DNA of 64,000 nucleotides from Pseudomonadota bacterium. Lineage in GTDB: Bacteria; Bdellovibrionota_C; UBA2361; OMII01. Positions 51,294 through 59,934 of the stretch are shown piece by piece (position 1 is the first letter of the stretch; each line of letters begins with the position of its first letter). A model generated the notes under the pieces. It did not search any database. It was not told the DNA's origin and worked only from the letters and a program-made list of their open reading frames with translations. A program made the translations under genes and the position numbers. The stretch is taken from the NCBI GenBank assembly GCA_038134595.1, contig JAYPVM010000003.1, forward strand, positions 127,629 through 191,628, read 5' to 3'.

Positions 51294-52637
51294 TCACTCG
51301 GGTTTTACTGACACGTCTAAAATTATTCCCGATTCAATGAGGTAACGAAACAGGTGATTAGTGACACCTGTTAAAGATAGGTTTTCAGCCCTTATTAAAC
51401 CATCAGTCGGCGTCTCGATCTTTGCAGAGTCGAAATGAACTAGGTCTAAATAAAAATGGAATAGTTTGTGTTCCACTGGGTATACCAAGAGATGGACTTT
51501 CTGTTGGAACAATCGAGCTGAGGCCTCTAGAACCCCGCCGCTTAGCAACGAATATCGCTCATCTTCAAAAAGTAGCGGCAAGAGTGCAGCACTAACAATA
51601 AAGCCAATCGCGGCGTTTGAGTATCGTCTTAGGTACTGTGTTAAATGGAAGAACTCAGAGTAGGAGCTCACCAAAACATTATTGTGGTACTTACACAGCT
51701 GGCCGAGAACGTCGAGGAGTTCCTCGTTTGTAGATTGCTGTGTTTTGAGAATGTTATTTAAACTTATCTCTAAAACATGAGCTACTTGTTTAACATCTGA
51801 GCCTTCGACTCGTTTGAGAGTTTGTTGTGACGCTGTCGTTAATCCAGGAAACACCTGGTGTAGTGCTCTAAATGTTCCGCGTTCTAAAAGAATAGGTCTT
51901 TTGTGAAAATACTCAGTCGGCGGGACTGGATTTTGCTGACTGTCGAAGAGGATGGCGTGAGTAAGACCATTTCGTAAGAGCGCAATGTTTGCCAATCGTT
52001 TATCAATCTCTTGAAATGCTGGGCCCGAAAGTTCGATATAGTCTACTTCTACACGATTATTTTCGAGTCCATCTAGAATTCCACTTACGAGATTAGTGAG
52101 GTTAGCGTTGTGGTAAAATGCGGCATAGAGAAGATTCAATCCAAGCATACCGATTGCTTCGTGTTGATGAACCGCCTCTTTGTCGTTCATATGAATGTGA
52201 ATCATCACCTCGTTAGGGTCACCTAAGGGCTCCGTCTGGAAACGAATGCCCATCCAACCGTGGCACTCGTTGGTGCCAGAATAGTTTCTGGCCGAAACGG
52301 TGTCGGCAAAAGCGAAGAAGCATGTCGAAGACCCCCGTTCGATTTGTAGCCGCTCAATAAGCAGAGAGTACTCGTGATTAAGCATCGCTTGAAGGCGACT
52401 TTTTGAGACGTATCTTTTTGACTTGCCGTAAATAGTATCGCTGACAGTCATGTCGTAGGCCGACATTGATTTGGCTATCGTGCCTGAAGCGGCACCGGCT
52501 CGAAAAAGTCTACTTGCAACCTCCTGTCCCGCCCCGATTTCGGCAAGGGTTCCATAGCGCTCTTGGTCTAAGTTTATAAAGAGAGCTTTTTGAGCAGGAT
52601 CGCGTTGTGGGGAGCTTTCGAGGTTGATCATATACAA
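51294..52637 (-). CDS. Conserved protein, CinA-like N-domain plus nucleotidyltransferase-like domain
   Basis: YGT.AEIGAGQEVA, AKSMSAYDM..SD.IYG, FFAFADTVSA, HGWMGIRFQ, ERG.FR; recognised from memory as a widespread uncharacterised family. Confidence 0.65.
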   Translation of the reverse strand: MYMINLESSPQRDPAQKALFINLDQERYGTLAEIGAGQEVASRLFRAGAASGTIAKSMSAYDMTVSDTIYGKSKRYVSKSRLQAMLNHEYSLLIERLQIERGSSTCFFAFADTVSARNYSGTNECHGWMGIRFQTEPLGDPNEVMIHIHMNDKEAVHQHEAIGMLGLNLLYAAFYHNANLTNLVSGILDGLENNRVEVDYIELSGPAFQEIDKRLANIALLRNGLTHAILFDSQQNPVPPTEYFHKRPILLERGTFRALHQVFPGLTTASQQTLKRVEGSDVKQVAHVLEISLNNILKTQQSTNEELLDVLGQLCKYHNNVLVSSYSEFFHLTQYLRRYSNAAIGFIVSAALLPLLFEDERYSLLSGGVLEASARLFQQKVHLLVYPVEHKLFHFYLDLVHFDSAKIETPTDGLIRAENLSLTGVTNHLFRYLIESGIILDVSVKPE

Positions 52638-52653
52638 AAGGGATCATATACCC

Positions 52654-53016
52654 TTATGAGTCAGTCTTCGAGCTTTTTTTATCCTTGGCTTTGTCAGACG
52701 GCTCAAGTAGCGAAGCGTCTATGGCCATTTGTACGGCGCGCTCAATGACTTCCTGGCTGCTTTTGGGTATTACCCCTTCCTTGACGAGTTTTTCAGCTTC
52801 TTCGCTTATCATCGAAAAGTATTTGTCCCGTTTGCTAAAATCCAGCGAGCTTGTTCGAGCTGGCTCGTTAACACTAGATACTTTGGAAACACTTTTTACT
52901 GAGGAAGCTCTCTCTACGCCCTTAACTCCTGTAATACTGTTTGTTTTACGAACCTTTCCTGTACTCGTTGTGGAGCGGACGCTCTCTGGTTTCTTTGGGT
53001 CTTTGTCTTTGGGCAT
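52654..53016 (-). CDS. Small hypothetical protein co-transcribed with sigma factor
   Basis: AGGAG RBS; S/T/K-rich disordered N-half, helical C-half. Confidence 0.75.
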   Translation of the reverse strand: MPKDKDPKKPESVRSTTSTGKVRKTNSITGVKGVERASSVKSVSKVSSVNEPARTSSLDFSKRDKYFSMISEEAEKLVKEGVIPKSSQEVIERAVQMAIDASLLEPSDKAKDKKSSKTDS

Positions 53017-53044
53017 GTCTGTGTTCTCCTGTTTTGAATTCTAG

Positions 53045-53863
53045 CTATGTAGGTACCTCTGATTTAGTTAATACATCACTAAATGGGCCAAGCGATCCCT
53101 CTTTGTTAAATTGTACGGCCCGTTCTCGAAGCCCAGGGCGTATCTTTGGTATAGCAACCGCCTTGCCATGAGCAAGGGATTTTTGCAAATAAGCAATCAG
53201 CACTTTATGCTCGCGCATGACGTTTAATCCATCGGTCTCCCACTCAGAGGCAACGGTCCTTAGAGAGGCACCATCCCAATAGACTCGATAAAGAAGCCAC
53301 TGGTGAGTAGGTTCGAGACTGGCCATTACGGAAACCATGCGTCGGTAGTCCATTAGTTCATCGGGTTGGGGATCGCCTGCAATTGCCTCTTTTGTAGCAA
53401 GGATACTTGCACCAACCAAGAGTTCTCGGATGGCTGACCTACTTTCAGCATCTTCTCCACGAGTAGCACTCTGTGCTGGGAGTGCGCCATCACGAAGCTC
53501 TGGGAAGACACCATAGAGTTCCATTGCGAGTTTCTGAGCCCTTGCCTCTTTTGCCGTTTTGGAACTGCTTGTTCTGGCCCATCCTTTCGTTTTGCGTGCA
53601 GCATCTGTGGAGGCTTCATGGATTCGTTTTCGGGCATACCCTTTGAAAGGTATGCCCCTTTGAGGGTCAAAGCGTCTTGAGCAGAAGATAAGCGCTTCCA
53701 TCGCAGCTCCATCTAGGCCATCTAATTTCCAGTCTAGGTTCCACCCTCTTGCAACAGCGCGTGCGATGCTTTCAGCCCATCCCATGTGTTCGACGACTAA
53801 TTCATTGGCAGACTCCTCGGAGAGGCGGGTTGACTCGTTTTTTTGGTTCTTCGTAGTCGTCAT
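53045..53863 (-). CDS. Divergent group-3 (FliA/WhiG-like) sigma-70 factor
   Basis: Region 2 RRFDPQRGIPFKGYARKRI...DAAR; region 4-like L.P..Q.LL...YW...SLR.VA. Confidence 0.8.
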   Translation of the reverse strand: MTTTKNQKNESTRLSEESANELVVEHMGWAESIARAVARGWNLDWKLDGLDGAAMEALIFCSRRFDPQRGIPFKGYARKRIHEASTDAARKTKGWARTSSSKTAKEARAQKLAMELYGVFPELRDGALPAQSATRGEDAESRSAIRELLVGASILATKEAIAGDPQPDELMDYRRMVSVMASLEPTHQWLLYRVYWDGASLRTVASEWETDGLNVMREHKVLIAYLQKSLAHGKAVAIPKIRPGLRERAVQFNKEGSLGPFSDVLTKSEVPT

Positions 53864-54008
53864 CTCACAGTTTTGAAAACAGATATGTTACTTAATGTGA
53901 ACGTATCTAGACCGGTAAGTTATTCAAAAGTATATCATTTGTAGTTATTGGTCAGATACTTCTATACGTACTATCTACATCGGTACCATTTGGCAAAAAC
54001 ACGAGCCA

Positions 54009-54022
54009 ATTTTGCGCAAAAT
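54009..54022. promoter_or_regulatory. Perfect 14-bp palindrome between divergent sigma genes
   Basis: ATTTTGCGCAAAAT near the centre of the 292-bp intergenic region. Confidence 0.45.
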
Positions 54023-54155
54023 AACCCAGTTATTCCAAATAGTTAAATTAATCTGAAGCAAATTGATGCCTCCTTCAGACAAGAGGATGAATCAAGTGGC
54101 AAAGAGATTCAATCTCTCGCCGCAACAGGCAATCCGATTGTAGAAGGGGGTTAGC

Positions 54156-55055
54156 GTGGCAAATACCGTAGTTCAGAGTAAGAAATCACCGACGAATTTA
54201 CCAAAGCTGAGATTAATTTCGAAAGTTGGTCGTCCAAGGCGTAACTCTAAGGTATCTCGAGCAGAGTTAACTATCGCCTCAGCGCCTATTGAGAGTACTC
54301 CCTCTGCTGATGGGTGCGAAGCTCTCATAATTGAATACCGGACTAAGGCCCAGAAGCTCGGCCGAAGCATTCTTAGAAAGTGGAATTGTCGACTCGATCT
54401 TGAAGAAGTCGATAGTTTAGTAGATCTTTCCTTGTGTGAAGCTGTCAAGAGGTTTGATGCCTCCAAGGGAGCAAGCTTTATGACATTTTTGTTTTATCAT
54501 TTGAAAGGAAATCTTGTCCGAGCAGTCAAATCGTCGATGGATGTTGCAGCGATCCCAAGTTCGTTTGCCGCAATGATAGATGGTGAAACCGGCGGCGAGG
54601 ATATTCGCGGTCTTGGTCTTAACGCCGTAGATCTTGCCGATAGGCTAAGTGGCGAGGAGGCACAGTCTCCTGACGAGACTTTATGGAAAAAAGAATTGTC
54701 TAATTGTAGTTTGGCAGCCTGTGAAAAATTAGACCCACTTGAGCGAGAGATCATTAAACAAATCTTTGTTCACGAGCAGCAGATAATCGACATTGCGGCC
54801 AGTCTTGGATACAGCCGCTGCCACATATCGAGGGTTAAGAAAAAAGCACTTAGTACTTTGCACGATGAATTGAGTGTTCAGATGGACCAAGACGACTATG
54901 CTTTTATCGGTGGCATGGGTGAGGATTTATTGGATGTTGAAGCTCGAGCGGCTAACCGAAAGGTTACCCATCGTCGCAAACCGCGGGCTAAAATCAACAG
55001 GCAAGTAGAACCCATGGTGGTGTCGAGCGATGCAGTTACCGCAGAGGCAGCTTAA
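54156..55055 (+). CDS. Divergent group-3 sigma-70 factor (SigB/SigF-like region 4)
   Basis: EAVKRFDASKGASF.TF; LDPLEREII...F......IAASLGYSRCHISRVKKKAL; AAGGGGG RBS. Confidence 0.85.
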   Translation: MANTVVQSKKSPTNLPKLRLISKVGRPRRNSKVSRAELTIASAPIESTPSADGCEALIIEYRTKAQKLGRSILRKWNCRLDLEEVDSLVDLSLCEAVKRFDASKGASFMTFLFYHLKGNLVRAVKSSMDVAAIPSSFAAMIDGETGGEDIRGLGLNAVDLADRLSGEEAQSPDETLWKKELSNCSLAACEKLDPLEREIIKQIFVHEQQIIDIAASLGYSRCHISRVKKKALSTLHDELSVQMDQDDYAFIGGMGEDLLDVEARAANRKVTHRRKPRAKINRQVEPMVVSSDAVTAEAA

Positions 55056-55115
55056 AAAGACGGCTTCCAAGATGCGGGACCTCTGGAATTAGCTACTACC
55101 GATGACTAATGGGTT

Positions 55116-55784
55116 CTAGGATGAAGTCTTTTTTAGCACTACTAAAAATCGTTCGATGTCCGTGTTGGGAAGAGTGACGGGGTGAATATTTGTTATATGC
55201 GCCGAATTTCTCTCTAAAATCCCGGCAGTTCCTCGTAGTTCATCTTCTACATTTGAACCTTTAAGAGCGATTGCTGTCCCACCACTTTTTACAAAGGGTA
55301 GCATCCACTTAAAGAGGGTCTTACATTCGGCAACCGCTCTTGAGACGACTAAATCAAATGATCCCTTCGCAGACGGATGTTTTGCGTACACCTCTGCACG
55401 TTCATGGACGGCTTGTATGTTGTGTATGCCACAAACCTCCGCTGTGTTGTGAGCGAAGGTAACCTTCTTTAGGGTAGAGTCGAGTAATGTGACTTGGGCT
55501 GTTGGTATAAGAGCTGCAAGTGGAACACCGGGAAATCCTCCTCCTGTTCCAATATCTAGTATCGAATCTGGTTGGTTCTCGAATGGGATGCAGAGCGCTG
55601 TGAGGGAGTCAAGTACATGAAGAGATAACGCATCGCTTCTGCTAATTCGAGTTATATTAAACCGCTTGTTAGCCAATTCTAGTTGGTCGAGATACATTAT
55701 AAGTTTTTGCGCTGTTGTCTCATCAAGAGTGATTCCCAACTCATGAGCACCTTGAATCAACACGTGTGTTTCATCAGTCATCAT
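55116..55784 (-). CDS. rsmG: 16S rRNA m7G527 methyltransferase
   Basis: N.T.I, H.LDSL, LDIGTGGGFPGVPLA, LLDS..KK..F, RAE, SRAVA, ALKG. Confidence 0.96.
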   Translation of the reverse strand: MMTDETHVLIQGAHELGITLDETTAQKLIMYLDQLELANKRFNITRISRSDALSLHVLDSLTALCIPFENQPDSILDIGTGGGFPGVPLAALIPTAQVTLLDSTLKKVTFAHNTAEVCGIHNIQAVHERAEVYAKHPSAKGSFDLVVSRAVAECKTLFKWMLPFVKSGGTAIALKGSNVEDELRGTAGILERNSAHITNIHPVTLPNTDIERFLVVLKKTSS

Positions 55785-56967
55785 CTCTAATCCCCAATGC
55801 TACCCAATTTACACCTCGCCAGCGGAACAAAAACACCGTGCCAAATAATCCTGTGTGGTGGTGTTTTGGTAGATCCATTGATTGTCTGATTTTTTCGATA
55901 TCCTCGGAGAAAGCACGTTTTTTAAATTCAGTTCGGGCCGTCCATTTCAATGATGCTAGGGCCCGTTGTAGTACTTTCTTCGAATAGGGGAATGACTCTA
56001 CTACGGTATATCTCGTTAGCAAGCTAGAGATAGCAATACGCTGATCAGAGGTGCCATATGTCACATCGTTATCGAGCCGACAAATAGAACGCTCTGAAAA
56101 GAATTGGCTGAGATGAAGCGATCGATTGATTGCTCCATGTGCCTCATAGAGATATTTGTGCAGCTGTTTCGGATATATTATACCGGTAGTGTCGGAACGA
56201 CCGGGGGACCAATGCTCTCCGCTATCGACCAACATGACACTTGAATCATCGATTTGTACATCTTTCCAAAGCGTTTGTTCAAGACATTGGTCCTCATAGC
56301 CCAAAAACTGGCGTCGCCATCCGCTCGGTACTGTATCGAGAAAAAGACCAGGACTAACCTTGATGGCACAAACTCCGTTGATGTTAAGGTTGAGTAAAGA
56401 TTCTAGTGATGGAGAATAAAGAGACGCATCTTTTATTCTGACCCCTTCTTTGGTTCGCCGAGCGGGATCAGCAAAGAGCCCGTCAAATTCGGAGAGGGGG
56501 AGCGTCGCTATTATCTCTTCGACTGTGCCCCTCAAAACTTCAACGTTAGACAGTCCTTGGAGTTGAATATTGTGGATGGCCAGGGCGGCACGAATTGGAT
56601 CTTGCTCGATAGTGGTAACTTTTTGCGCGGTGCGAGCGAGGGCCGCTGTGTCCGAGCCGGTTCCTGTCCCGATCTCGAGCACATGCTTACAGCCAGAAAA
56701 GAAGCGTGCGCGATACGTCGCTAAGGCAAGTCTTGATGCCTGGGGCAGGAGTGAGGATGTGAAATAACCATCTTTTGCCCATGTACCCAATTTTTGAATG
56801 GCTTTTGGCCGTAATAGATAACTGTCGAGCGCGACGCTAATGACGTCTGAAGGGAGAGTTGGTGCTCTCTTCTTTAGGTATAGTGCGAGGGCGGCCTTTG
56901 AATCTGTGGCCGGGGCGTTTTGCAGGATAGATAACGCTTCTTCTAGATTGTTGAGTATCTCATTCAC
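55774..56967 (-). CDS. Class I SAM-dependent methyltransferase with THUMP-like C-terminus
   Basis: QAS..A.YRA, EIGTGTGSD, ADPARR, KVSPG motifs. Confidence 0.8.
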   Translation of the reverse strand: MNEILNNLEEALSILQNAPATDSKAALALYLKKRAPTLPSDVISVALDSYLLRPKAIQKLGTWAKDGYFTSSLLPQASRLALATYRARFFSGCKHVLEIGTGTGSDTAALARTAQKVTTIEQDPIRAALAIHNIQLQGLSNVEVLRGTVEEIIATLPLSEFDGLFADPARRTKEGVRIKDASLYSPSLESLLNLNINGVCAIKVSPGLFLDTVPSGWRRQFLGYEDQCLEQTLWKDVQIDDSSVMLVDSGEHWSPGRSDTTGIIYPKQLHKYLYEAHGAINRSLHLSQFFSERSICRLDNDVTYGTSDQRIAISSLLTRYTVVESFPYSKKVLQRALASLKWTARTEFKKRAFSEDIEKIRQSMDLPKHHHTGLFGTVFLFRWRGVNWVALGIRDDD

Positions 56968-57093
56968 TGTGGATATGGTACGTCAAGTGGCAACCAGTTA
57001 TCAAGATTGGAGCCTTAAGTGATAATGTGAGTTTATGTGCGAGGCTTTCATTTTTGGGTGATTAGAGTCCTGCTTCTTGCGTCACAATTATTC

Positions 57094-58167
57094 CTAGTGA
57101 TGAGACGCGCGACGCTGAGCGCGTTTGGGATCCTGCTTTGCCAAGAAGGTCCTCGACCGCTCTGTTGGCCTGCTGTGATTCCAGTGGATAAGAGTCTGAT
57201 GGAGTTTCTCCTCGAAAGTGCCAAGAGATATTTCGAAGGCAGATTGAAAGGCTCTTTCCTTTTCCATGCCGTCACGTAAGTTTTTTAAATATCGCCCAAT
57301 TTTCTTTTCACCGTAGGCACGTAGTATTGCTTGGGTTGCTATGAGTGACTCGGCGTATGCTGCTGGAACCATGGGGGCGGGCAGTTTTGTAAATCCCCCC
57401 TGTAGGAGCTGTAGTGATATGGGCGCAGCTTGACGGAGATATTTCTTTAACGACGCCTTGAGAACCGGATTTTCTGCCCCTTCTATCCATTGTGCCAGCC
57501 CCTCGTCGATCCAGCCGGGGATCAATCCTCCTGATATCGCCGATAGTACAGCGTGAGAATATTCGTGCTTTATTGAACGTAGTAGATTCACCCGATCGAC
57601 TGGCTTCCCTGATTCGAGCGGGATGATTATCTCCCCCCGAAAAAACATGGCATTGGTCCATTCTGGAGCCCCCGTGAGCTGATAAAAATCAGTTTCATTC
57701 ATTATGCGAATTGATGTACGAAAAGGAGGCGCTGCTCCAAAGGTTGTTGTTAAAGTATGATGGGTTTCGACCACTTGTTGCGACACCTCGCTGGCGATCG
57801 CTGAGAAATGCGTAGGTGAAATGAGAGTTATTCTAGAGCCATCATCGAGAATGATCGGGTAGAAGCGAAGGTAGTTCGATGATTCGTTAGAGTCTAAAGG
57901 TTTTTTAGTTTTAAGACTTGTCCTATCGATAAAGGAGGCACTAAAGCGGGTGTTTTCTTGCGCCCAACCAATATTTGTGTCAGCTGTTATCCAAGCTGCA
58001 GTTAGGCTTGTTGTATAAAAGAGAAACGTGCAAACAGCGCCGACCAAATAACAATCAGGGCGTTTCACTGCGAGTTGGGCTCTCTCGTATGTCTGCCATA
58101 TGTGTAGACTTAGTTGTGTTATCATATCGCTTCTTGCCGGCCACCGTTCCCCTTCGTTCGGGGGCAC
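57094..58167 (-). CDS. Peptidase MA-like (gluzincin) metalloprotease
   Basis: HEYSH...PGWIDEGLAQ, AY.ES; N-terminal hydrophobic segment; start uncertain. Confidence 0.82.
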   Translation of the reverse strand: MPPNEGERWPARSDMITQLSLHIWQTYERAQLAVKRPDCYLVGAVCTFLFYTTSLTAAWITADTNIGWAQENTRFSASFIDRTSLKTKKPLDSNESSNYLRFYPIILDDGSRITLISPTHFSAIASEVSQQVVETHHTLTTTFGAAPPFRTSIRIMNETDFYQLTGAPEWTNAMFFRGEIIIPLESGKPVDRVNLLRSIKHEYSHAVLSAISGGLIPGWIDEGLAQWIEGAENPVLKASLKKYLRQAAPISLQLLQGGFTKLPAPMVPAAYAESLIATQAILRAYGEKKIGRYLKNLRDGMEKERAFQSAFEISLGTFEEKLHQTLIHWNHSRPTERSRTFLAKQDPKRAQRRASHH

Positions 58168-58516
58168 CTTTTTCCTACAGTTACCTGTCGGAGCATCTTT
58201 GTGAAAACATAAGGTGAGAAACGAATAGGAGGAGAAACCACCAAAAGTGGCGTTATATCAGTTAGTTAGTGTGTGCCTTCAATGACGTATACATGATTCA
58301 TGTGGGTTTGTTCACCGAGATTTGTGGTTACCGGTCAGGAAATCGGTGGGATGCGTCGGCGACTGCCTTTTCTAGTTAGCTTATCCTGTGATACTCTAAG
58401 GGTACGCAGAGGATTTTGAGGTCTTTTGGTATGAGAGGACTAGGCGATTCCTTTTAGTCTCCAGGCAAGGTGTCGTTATAGTAAGACAATATTGCACAAA
58501 TTAGAGGATAGAGACG

Positions 58517-58927
58517 ATGACAACATCAGCAGGTTCATGTGGAAGTGGTAGCAATGCTAGTACGAATGTAATCGGTGAAAATGGATTTGAAGCCTCAGAC
58601 GAGCGCCCGATTCTTCTTACCGATGCAGCAGTAGATGCGGTTCGATCAGCTCTCAAAGAAGAGGGAGAGGAAGGTGACTTTCTTCGTATCTCTGTGGTTG
58701 GAGGAGGCTGTTCCGGTTATCAGTACGGACTAGACTTTGATAAAGAGGAGCGAATGGGAGATCTCGCTATCGACTTTGATGGGGTAAAGGTCGTTGTTGA
58801 CACTATTAGCTCTGGATACCTTCGGGGAACAGTGGTTGACTACGTTTCGGGTCTCAATGGCACTGGATTCCAGTTTAAAAATCCTAACGCAAAGCGAACG
58901 TGTGGGTGCGGAAGTTCATTTAGCTAG
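58517..58927 (+). CDS. erpA: A-type Fe-S carrier (ErpA/IscA/HesB)
   Basis: GGGCSGYQY, F.NPNA..TCGCGSSF. Confidence 0.9.
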   Translation: MTTSAGSCGSGSNASTNVIGENGFEASDERPILLTDAAVDAVRSALKEEGEEGDFLRISVVGGGCSGYQYGLDFDKEERMGDLAIDFDGVKVVVDTISSGYLRGTVVDYVSGLNGTGFQFKNPNAKRTCGCGSSFS

Positions 58928-58997
58928 TCATTTCCTGCCTCAGATAACTATTGATAGGGTATAATTGTGCTCTGAAAGCTTGTGGGGAGAATTCGGG

Positions 58998-59513
58998 ATG
59001 AGGTGTAACGCGTCGTTTGCCGGGCTCGCTTTAATAATGGGTGTTCTCACTGGCTGTGGAGCGTCCCTGGATGGCTCCAACAGAGGGTCGATGGCTGCAC
59101 TCATAGGAGCGTCTAACCACAAGCTTGAGATAGCGGAGACGTCTAGGGAGTCTGCTAAACGAGAGGTACTGCAGGCTCCTAGAACTTTTACCGTCTCCAA
59201 GTCTGACGATTCTTATAGCTGGGATCGGGCCCGTTTTTTTATCGAGAACTATTCAGAAGTGGTGGGAGGCCAGCGGGCGGCTGTGGTGCGAATTGTAGGT
59301 GAGCAGTGGGCTTTGGTTAGTCATCCTGCAAGCACTGGTTATCATTATGAGGTTACAAGAGAGCCCCGGGCTGATCGGTTCGTCTACACAGTGAGCTGTG
59401 CTGCCGATTCGTTAGGGAATAAGACGCAGGCTGATCTAAACGAGGGAAATTTCGCGCGATTTGTCCGCGAGGGTCAACTTGAAGTTTCTCTGTTGAATTC
59501 CAAGGCTGGATAA
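58998..59513 (+). CDS. Hypothetical lipoprotein
   Basis: Lipobox LTGC; GGGGAG RBS before ATG 58998. Confidence 0.7.
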   Translation: MRCNASFAGLALIMGVLTGCGASLDGSNRGSMAALIGASNHKLEIAETSRESAKREVLQAPRTFTVSKSDDSYSWDRARFFIENYSEVVGGQRAAVVRIVGEQWALVSHPASTGYHYEVTREPRADRFVYTVSCAADSLGNKTQADLNEGNFARFVREGQLEVSLLNSKAG

Positions 59514-59815
59514 GGCTTTTTTAGGCACGCTCCTTCGTAAAATGCCCTCGACATATTTGCCTCACTCTGTGTCTAATCTCAAGCGTATTAAAAGTTTTGG
59601 GCGTCGAGGTAGGCCTTTTACGAAGACATTGGCACATTGAGCCATCTTTCTTTCTGTGCACTCTTATCGAACTACCAAAACAATCTCCTTAGGCGATAGG
59701 CTTGGTTAGCTCCCGTATCTTGTGAGTTCTACCTCCTGGTGATTGCTGGCAACGGTTTTGATCGCAATATTTTTATGAGCGCAAAAAACACCCGTATTTA
59801 GGAATAGATATGACG

Positions 59816-59868
59816 TAAAGTATTTTTTGATTGAAACCGCTAAAGTTTCTCTGAGACACTGCCGTTGT
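59816..59868 (+). promoter_or_regulatory. Tandem sigma28-like promoter candidates upstream of subtilase
   Basis: TAAAGTAT-N12-ACCGCTAA (59816-59843) and TAAAGTTT-N12-GCCGTTGT (59841-59868). Confidence 0.35.
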
Positions 59869-59934
59869 TGCCTTTACAGTTTAAGCTGGGGAGGCAATAT
59901 CGAGTCAATTAGAAAAAGGCCTTGCGGATTAGCA

